A DNA stretch of 64,000 bases from Spirochaetia bacterium (GTDB lineage Bacteria > Spirochaetota > Spirochaetia > SZUA-6 > Bin103), in assembly GCA_965203905.1 (NCBI GenBank), contig CBDBDQ010000005.1, positions 3,808,001 through 3,872,000 of the forward strand, in the 5' to 3' direction. Each line of letters begins with the position of its first letter. The first letter of the stretch is position 1. Shown here piece by piece: positions 58,194-64,000 of the stretch. A model generated the notes under the pieces. That model did not search any database. It worked only from the letters and a program-made list of their open reading frames with translations, and had not been told where the DNA came from. The position numbers and the translations under genes are program-made.

Positions 58194-59207
58194 ATGCCGA
58201 CTGTGAATCAGCCACGTATGAGAATCGCCGCGCAACCACCAGTTGACGCGTCCGCTGCCGATATTGCCTTCGTCAATCAGCTTGGCGTCGAGGATGTCGT
58301 ACTCTCGGTGGATGCAGAGAACGCCAACTACGATTACTACGTTGCGTTGACAAAGCGGTACAACGACGCCGGCATCAACATCTACGCACTCGGAAACGCC
58401 GGCATCCACTGCAACAGCTCGCTGGTACTCAACCTTGCCGATAGAGATAAGGTGCTGGAGCGTTACAAACAGCACATTCGGGACATCGGCAGGGCCGGGA
58501 TCCCGTACCTGACCCACGCCCACATCGGCAACGGCGTGTGGTACACGGAGTACCCCGGCACTCGTGGCGGGGCGGAAACCCGCCTCTTCGATCTCGCGGC
58601 GGAGAGTCACGGTCAGTCGCCCGACGGGATCCACTACGGGCCCCTCTCACACGGCCGCGCATTCGGCGACGACGAGATCTGGGACAACTATGAGTACTTC
58701 ATCCGCCAGATCGCGCCGGTCGCCGAGGAGTGGAACGTGAAGATCGGGGTGCATCCCGATGATCCGCCGGTTGCCGAGCTGGCCGGGATACCACGGTGTT
58801 TCTACAGCTTCGATTCGTACCAACGGGCCCTGCAGATCGCGGACAGCCCCAACGTGGGTGTCTGCCTCTGCGTCGGCTGCTGGCTCGAAGGTGGAGCGGC
58901 CATGGGTGAGGATGTGTTCGGGGCGATCCGCTATTTTGCGGAGCAGAAGAAGCTGTTCAAAGTTCACTTCAGAAATGTCGACCGGCCGCTACCGGTGTTC
59001 ACGGAGACGTTTGTCGACGACGGGTACATGGACATGTACAAGGTCATGCTTGCCTTGCGAGAGGCGGATTTCGACGGGGTGGTCATCCCGGATCACGTGC
59101 CCGCGATGGAGGGCGGCGACAACGTCGGCATGGCATACACCATCGGCTACATGAAGGCGCTCCTGGAGCGAGCGAACGCGGAGGTGGCGCGCTCAGCTGT
59201 CGGCTAG
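58194..59207 (+). CDS. Mannonate dehydratase (UxuA family), second paralog
   Basis: HPDDPP, LCVGCW, VHFRNV, PDHVP, TIGYMKAL. Confidence 0.85.
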   Translation: MPTVNQPRMRIAAQPPVDASAADIAFVNQLGVEDVVLSVDAENANYDYYVALTKRYNDAGINIYALGNAGIHCNSSLVLNLADRDKVLERYKQHIRDIGRAGIPYLTHAHIGNGVWYTEYPGTRGGAETRLFDLAAESHGQSPDGIHYGPLSHGRAFGDDEIWDNYEYFIRQIAPVAEEWNVKIGVHPDDPPVAELAGIPRCFYSFDSYQRALQIADSPNVGVCLCVGCWLEGGAAMGEDVFGAIRYFAEQKKLFKVHFRNVDRPLPVFTETFVDDGYMDMYKVMLALREADFDGVVIPDHVPAMEGGDNVGMAYTIGYMKALLERANAEVARSAVG

Positions 59208-59404
59208 GCGGAGCAGGCCGACGAGCTGCCAATCGCACCGACGCCGGCAGTACTTGACGCTTCGCCTGCGGCGTGCAACGCTCGTCCGACCGAACTTCCA
59301 GATTCGTTTCGATGAAGTTGGCGCGTTTGGGCTGGGTACCGGCGCCGGCAGCGGCGCGGCCTTTGCTACAGGCGGCGCCAAGCATAAGGAGTAATGGAGT
59401 GACG

Positions 59405-61237
59405 ATGAACAGAGTCTTTCTGATCGTGCTGGTCCTGTGTGTGACAGGGACCCTCTCGGTATACGCCACCGGGGATTCTGAAGTGGTGCAAACGCGCACG
59501 GCTGAGGCACCGGCCGGTCAGGATCCGGCGAAGTGGTCTGGCCCCGGAGAAATGCCGCCGACGTACATGTTCGGCGAGGGCGGCTACAGCCACGGACCGC
59601 CGTCATACGGTGGCACGATCACGTTTTCGCTTGGCCAGGCCGAACCGCCCGACCCGTCGGTAGCAAGTGGCCTGTGGTGGTCGCTGCCCTACCTGGACTA
59701 TATCCAAGAGCGGGCAATCATCGGTGATACCGAGACTTACGGGCCGAGAGGAAGCGGCGAATCGCGGTTCTCGACGTTCTCGTACATCCCCCAGGAGATC
59801 ACCAGCGGACACTTAGTCGAGAGCTGGGAGCTCAGTCCCGACAAGCTGGTGGTGCACGTGCGGCCCGGCATCATGTGGGCGCCGACTCAGGACCACATGG
59901 ACCGAGGTGTGATGTCCGAGCCCAGAGAGCTCGTCGCGGACGACTTCGTGTTCGACTGGGTCCAGTACGTGACCAGTGTCTGGAGCAAGCGCTTTGAGGC
60001 CCACATCGACTTGGAGAACGCCTCGGACGTCATCTACGCCACGGACAAGTACACCGCGGTCATCGAAATCAAGAAGTTCAGCCATATCCTGTGGCTGTTC
60101 TTCGCGTACGAGGACCGTTCCCTCGTCGGCCCACCCGAGACCGAGGCGGCCGATCCTCACAAGTGGGAGAACCAGATCGGCACGGGGCCCTGGCAGTTCG
60201 AGGAGCTGGTCTCTGGCTCCCACATCAGCTACACGAGGAATGACAACTACTGGCGATCGACGACGATCGACGGTCAGGAGTACCAACTACCGTTCATCGA
60301 CCGGGTCCGCCTGCCGATCATGCCTGACCAGAGCACCCATCTCGCCGCGCTGCGGACCGGTCAACTCGATCTGTGGCGAAGTACTCCGTCGGAATTCTGG
60401 AACACACTCGACAATACGGACAACATGCAAGTGTCAGAATACCAGCCGGGGGCCACGAGCGGCGTTTGGCTGAGGACCGACAAGGCGCCGTTCGATAATG
60501 CGGACGTCCGGCGGGCGCTGCGCATCGGCACGAACAACAGCGAGTTCCAGAAGCTGGTCCGGGCCGAAGACCTGCCGTTGGTCAATTGGCCAACCAATCC
60601 CGACAATCCCGGCGTGTACACCCCGCTCGAGGAGTTGCCGGCCAATATTCAGGAGCTCTGGGAATACGATCCCGCCAAAGCCCGCCGCATGCTTGATGAG
60701 GCAGGTATCCCTGAAGGCTTCTCCATGGAGATATTGCTTACGCCATCCCCACAGGGTCAGGACGTCGCTGCACTGCTCAAAGACCAGTGGTCGAAGATCG
60801 GTGTGGATTTGCAGCTCAACGTTCAGGACAACACGACGGTCGTCAAGCTGAAATACGCTGCCCCCGAGGTGCAGTACGAGGACGCCCTGCTCGATGGCAT
60901 GTTCGTCGGCAACCCATACCAATGGATGCAGCAGGTCACGTTCCCCAATACGGGCAACTACGGGATGTACAACAACCCGGCCGTGAATCAGCTGGCCGAT
61001 AGAGCCTCGTTGGCGACCGATCCCGACGAAGTGAATCGCCTCACCCGCGAAGCAGCCATGATCTACGACTACGAGACACCTATGATACCGCTGTACATGC
61101 AGCCGAGCCGCATCTACTGGTGGCCGTGGGTGAAGAACTACTTCGGCGAGAGCACGATCCAGGACGACGGTCAGTGGGCGGCGCTCGTGTACTTCATGTG
61201 GCTCGATGAGGAGCTGAAGGGCAGCCTGGGTTACTGA
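59405..61237 (+). CDS. ABC transporter substrate-binding protein, family 5
   Basis: Signal peptide, LVESWE, IGTGPW, RNDNYW, LPFID, YDPAKA. Confidence 0.92.
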   Translation: MNRVFLIVLVLCVTGTLSVYATGDSEVVQTRTAEAPAGQDPAKWSGPGEMPPTYMFGEGGYSHGPPSYGGTITFSLGQAEPPDPSVASGLWWSLPYLDYIQERAIIGDTETYGPRGSGESRFSTFSYIPQEITSGHLVESWELSPDKLVVHVRPGIMWAPTQDHMDRGVMSEPRELVADDFVFDWVQYVTSVWSKRFEAHIDLENASDVIYATDKYTAVIEIKKFSHILWLFFAYEDRSLVGPPETEAADPHKWENQIGTGPWQFEELVSGSHISYTRNDNYWRSTTIDGQEYQLPFIDRVRLPIMPDQSTHLAALRTGQLDLWRSTPSEFWNTLDNTDNMQVSEYQPGATSGVWLRTDKAPFDNADVRRALRIGTNNSEFQKLVRAEDLPLVNWPTNPDNPGVYTPLEELPANIQELWEYDPAKARRMLDEAGIPEGFSMEILLTPSPQGQDVAALLKDQWSKIGVDLQLNVQDNTTVVKLKYAAPEVQYEDALLDGMFVGNPYQWMQQVTFPNTGNYGMYNNPAVNQLADRASLATDPDEVNRLTREAAMIYDYETPMIPLYMQPSRIYWWPWVKNYFGESTIQDDGQWAALVYFMWLDEELKGSLGY

Positions 61238-61268
61238 GCCGATCCATCCTGGTCCAGTGCACGTAGCA

Positions 61269-61299
61269 GAGGGGGGCCAACCACGCCCCCCTCGTTTTT
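61269..61299 (+). terminator. Rho-independent-like hairpin between SBP and permease genes
   Basis: GAGGGGGGC-CAACCAC-GCCCCCCTC followed by GTTTTT. Confidence 0.7.
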
Positions 61300-61354
61300 G
61301 TCCGCGAGGCAATCAGCGGCGCACGCCGGGCGTTTCCGCGGTCAAGGAGTGAAC

Positions 61355-62332
61355 GTGTGGGCATACATCGTTAGACGACTCTTGACGCTCATACCCACAC
61401 TGCTGATCGTCACGGTCCTGGTGTTCCTCTTGGTCAGCATGATGCCCGGAGACATCACCGAGGCCGTGGTTGGCCACACGGGTCACGAAGAGGTCGACCG
61501 AGACGCGATCTTGAAGCAATTCGGGTTGGATCAGCCACTGTATGTCCAATATGGTCGCTGGATGGGTGTTCTGCCGAGAAGTGACGGGCGATTGAGCGGC
61601 CTGTTGCAGGGAAGCCTCGGGACGTCCTGGTGGACCGGGGGCAGCGTGGTCGAGCAGATCACCAAGCGGTGGCCGGTGACCCTGCAGTTGGGACTCCTGG
61701 CGCTCATCGTCGCACAGCTTGTCGCCTTACCTCTGGGCACCGTGTCGGCACTGCGGCAGGAGACGTTTGCCGATTACGCCAGCCGCAGCTTTGCCATAGC
61801 AGCCATCTCCATCCCCGGCTTCTGGGTAGGAACGGTACTGATCGTCTACCCGGCGATATGGTGGAATCACCTGCAACCCATCTTCTACGTCCGGTTCACC
61901 GAAGACCCACTGGCCAATCTGGGGATATTGCTCTTACCGGTGTTGATCCTCGGTATGGAGCTATCCGGCATCACCACGAGAATGGTGCGCAGCATGGTGC
62001 TGGAGGTCCTACGCCAGGATTACGTGAGAACGGCGTGGGCCAAAGGGCTCCCCGAGAGAACGATCGTGACCCGGCACACACTAAAGAATGCGCTGATTCC
62101 GGTCATCACGATCGTCGGCCTGCAAGTGCCCATCATGATTGGTGGTGCGGTGATCATCGAGTCGCTGTTCAACCTGCCGGGCATGGGCCGCCTGCTCATC
62201 GATGCAGTCACCAATCGAGACGAGCCACTGGTCATGGGACTGACAGTTCTGATCTCTGTGGCGCTGGTGTTGATCAATCTCTTGGTCGATCTGACCTATT
62301 CGTACTTCGACCCCAGGATCCAATACAGGTGA
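61355..62332 (+). CDS. ABC permease, DppB-like
   Basis: MPGD, QDYVRTAWAKG, DPRIQY; AAGGAG RBS. Confidence 0.93.
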   Translation: MWAYIVRRLLTLIPTLLIVTVLVFLLVSMMPGDITEAVVGHTGHEEVDRDAILKQFGLDQPLYVQYGRWMGVLPRSDGRLSGLLQGSLGTSWWTGGSVVEQITKRWPVTLQLGLLALIVAQLVALPLGTVSALRQETFADYASRSFAIAAISIPGFWVGTVLIVYPAIWWNHLQPIFYVRFTEDPLANLGILLLPVLILGMELSGITTRMVRSMVLEVLRQDYVRTAWAKGLPERTIVTRHTLKNALIPVITIVGLQVPIMIGGAVIIESLFNLPGMGRLLIDAVTNRDEPLVMGLTVLISVALVLINLLVDLTYSYFDPRIQYR

Positions 62333-62339
62333 TGGCGCA

Positions 62340-63311
62340 ATGTTGACGGAGATAAGCAGTCGCCGGAAAGGTTACTTGGCGCGATTGGTGCGCGAGAAAC
62401 CACTCGGTGCTGTCTGTGGCAGTGTGGTCCTGCTGTTCCTGCTGGTGGCGTTGTTTGCTGGCGTGCTCGCGCCGTACGGCATGAATGAGACGTGGGTGGG
62501 CGAGCGACTCGTCCGGCCCTCGGCACAATTCTGGTTCGGAACCGACAATCTCGGTCGCGATGTGTTATCGCGCGTCATATACGGCGCTCGGGTCTCGGTG
62601 ATCGTCGGCCTGGCCGCCTCCAGTCTCGGGACGGCGATCTCGTTGTTCATTGGTCTCGTTTCCGGCTACATCGGCGGCAACTTCGACATCGCCGTGCAGC
62701 GATTCGTCGATGCCGTGATGAGCCTGCCCGGCCTGGTGGTGATCATCATCCTGGTCACCGTCCTCGGGTCCGGGATGGTGCCGGTGATTCTGGCGTTGTC
62801 GATACCAGGCGGCATCGTCGGTTCCCGCATACTCAGAAGCGCTGTCATCGGCATCAAGGAGAACGTCTATCTGGACGCAGCGAGAGTCGTTGGCTGTTCC
62901 ACCTGGCGCATCATTCTGCGGCACGTACTGCCGAACATCATGGCGCCCACGATCATCCTGCTCAGTATCCGCATTCCGGGAATGATCATGGCGGAGGCCG
63001 GGCTGAGCTTTCTGGGTTTCGGTGTGCCGCCACCGTTCCCGAGTTGGGGAAGCATGATTGGCGGCGCTGGTCGCATCTACATGCTGGACGCGCCCTGGAT
63101 CGTGTTGTGGCCTGGTCTCGCCCTGGCGCTCGTGGTCTACAACTCGAACATCTTTGGTGACACGCTGAGAGACCTGCTCGATCCCCGGTTGCGCGGTGGC
63201 GCGGGGCGGTTCGATCTGAGGGCGAAGACCCAGGCCAGCAGCGACAGCAGCGGCAGTGCGGCAAAGACGATAGCCGTCAACGAAGACAACGTGCTCGAAG
63301 CCAGAGACTGA
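62340..63311 (+). CDS. ABC permease, DppC-like
   Basis: GTDNLGRD, RHVLPN, EAGLSFLG, GDTLRDLLDP. Confidence 0.93.
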   Translation: MLTEISSRRKGYLARLVREKPLGAVCGSVVLLFLLVALFAGVLAPYGMNETWVGERLVRPSAQFWFGTDNLGRDVLSRVIYGARVSVIVGLAASSLGTAISLFIGLVSGYIGGNFDIAVQRFVDAVMSLPGLVVIIILVTVLGSGMVPVILALSIPGGIVGSRILRSAVIGIKENVYLDAARVVGCSTWRIILRHVLPNIMAPTIILLSIRIPGMIMAEAGLSFLGFGVPPPFPSWGSMIGGAGRIYMLDAPWIVLWPGLALALVVYNSNIFGDTLRDLLDPRLRGGAGRFDLRAKTQASSDSSGSAAKTIAVNEDNVLEARD

Positions 63312-63438
63312 AGCGGTCGAAGACTCAAGCTGAAGAACGGGCTCGACGCGAGTGGCGCCGACGACAGCCGCACGGTAATCCGCCGCACGACGAAGAAGGA
63401 TAGCTGCGCCCAGGTCACACTCGCCGGAGAGGGTAAGA

Positions 63439-64000
63439 ATGAGTAACAAACAGGCTGTGACGGTGTTGGGGCCCGTGGATGCCGACGCGCTGGGCGTGAC
63501 CCTCGCGCACGAGCACCTGCTGTTCGATCAGGCGCCTTACGTGACCCAGTACCTCGAGGGGTTCGCCGAGGCCGCCGTGGAGATGCGGCACCTTGGCATG
63601 CTGCGACGCAACGCCGGGCTGATTCCGGACAACGCCCGCGTCGACGACCCCGAGCTGGCGGCGCGAGAGGCAACGGAGTTCGCCCGCGCCGGTGGCGGGA
63701 CGATCGTCGAGGTGTCCTGCAACGGGCTCGCACGCGACCCGGCGGGACTGCGCCGCGTCGCCACTGCGACCGGCCTGAACATCATCACCTGCTGCGGATA
63801 CTACAAAGGCACGGGACATCCTCCCGACATGGCCGAACGGAGCGTGGAGGACGTGACCGCGGAGCTGGTGACCGAGCTGACGGGCGGCATCGGCGACACG
63901 GGCATTCGCGCCGGTCTCATCGGTGAGATTGGCACCGGCGGGCCGCTCTACGACGTGCCGCGGCAGGTGTGGGATCTCACCGACCAGCCAGACATGTGGC
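63439..64000 (+). CDS. Phosphotriesterase-family amidohydrolase, runs off the window end
   Basis: Absent from the ORF track. MSNKQAVTVLGPV...GVTLAHEHLL, GGGTIVE, GLARDP, AGLIGEIG. Confidence 0.88.
   Translation, partial: MSNKQAVTVLGPVDADALGVTLAHEHLLFDQAPYVTQYLEGFAEAAVEMRHLGMLRRNAGLIPDNARVDDPELAAREATEFARAGGGTIVEVSCNGLARDPAGLRRVATATGLNIITCCGYYKGTGHPPDMAERSVEDVTAELVTELTGGIGDTGIRAGLIGEIGTGGPLYDVPRQVWDLTDQPDMW

Overview
GC-rich bacterial chromosome segment (visually about 70% GC in the core part). It is most likely a Spirochaetia member, inferred from the spirochaete-style rpoZ, a bS22-type ribosomal peptide, the murC-yicC-cmk, acpS-truA-UDG-priA and def-fmt-PASTA gene orders, and ABC binding proteins with 'FAxG'-type N-termini. 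1-27.1 kb is housekeeping: a coproporphyrin-dependent heme operon (hemA-chdC-hemE-hemH-hemY) with a divergent BldC/Xis-type HTH regulator, then htrA, sucCD, a class II cytochrome c, LOG, DUF3179, tRNA-Glu, murC, yicC, cmk, rpoZ, miaA, bS22, folP, acpS, truA, UDG, priA, def, fmt, a PASTA protein and tRNA-Gly. After tRNA-Gly the window becomes an accessory mosaic: sugar and sugar-acid catabolic enzymes, two ATPase-less family-5 ABC clusters, and glycoside hydrolases. It also holds an RloA/RloB pair, a low-GC orphan with a PD-(D/E)xK-like motif, a decayed multi-SAM tyrosine recombinase, a ~465-bp near-identical inverted duplication enclosing ~11.7 kb, and several deletion-eroded pseudogenes. Top leads: (1) the HTH-plus-helical-domain regulator with direct repeats over the hemA promoter, a candidate heme-responsive switch; (2) the defence-like islet at 32-37 kb; (3) the inverted duplication; (4) the repeat-bearing bS22 leader; (5) a pseudoenzyme/enzyme SDR pair. 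All family calls come from motif recognition by eye; no searches were run.
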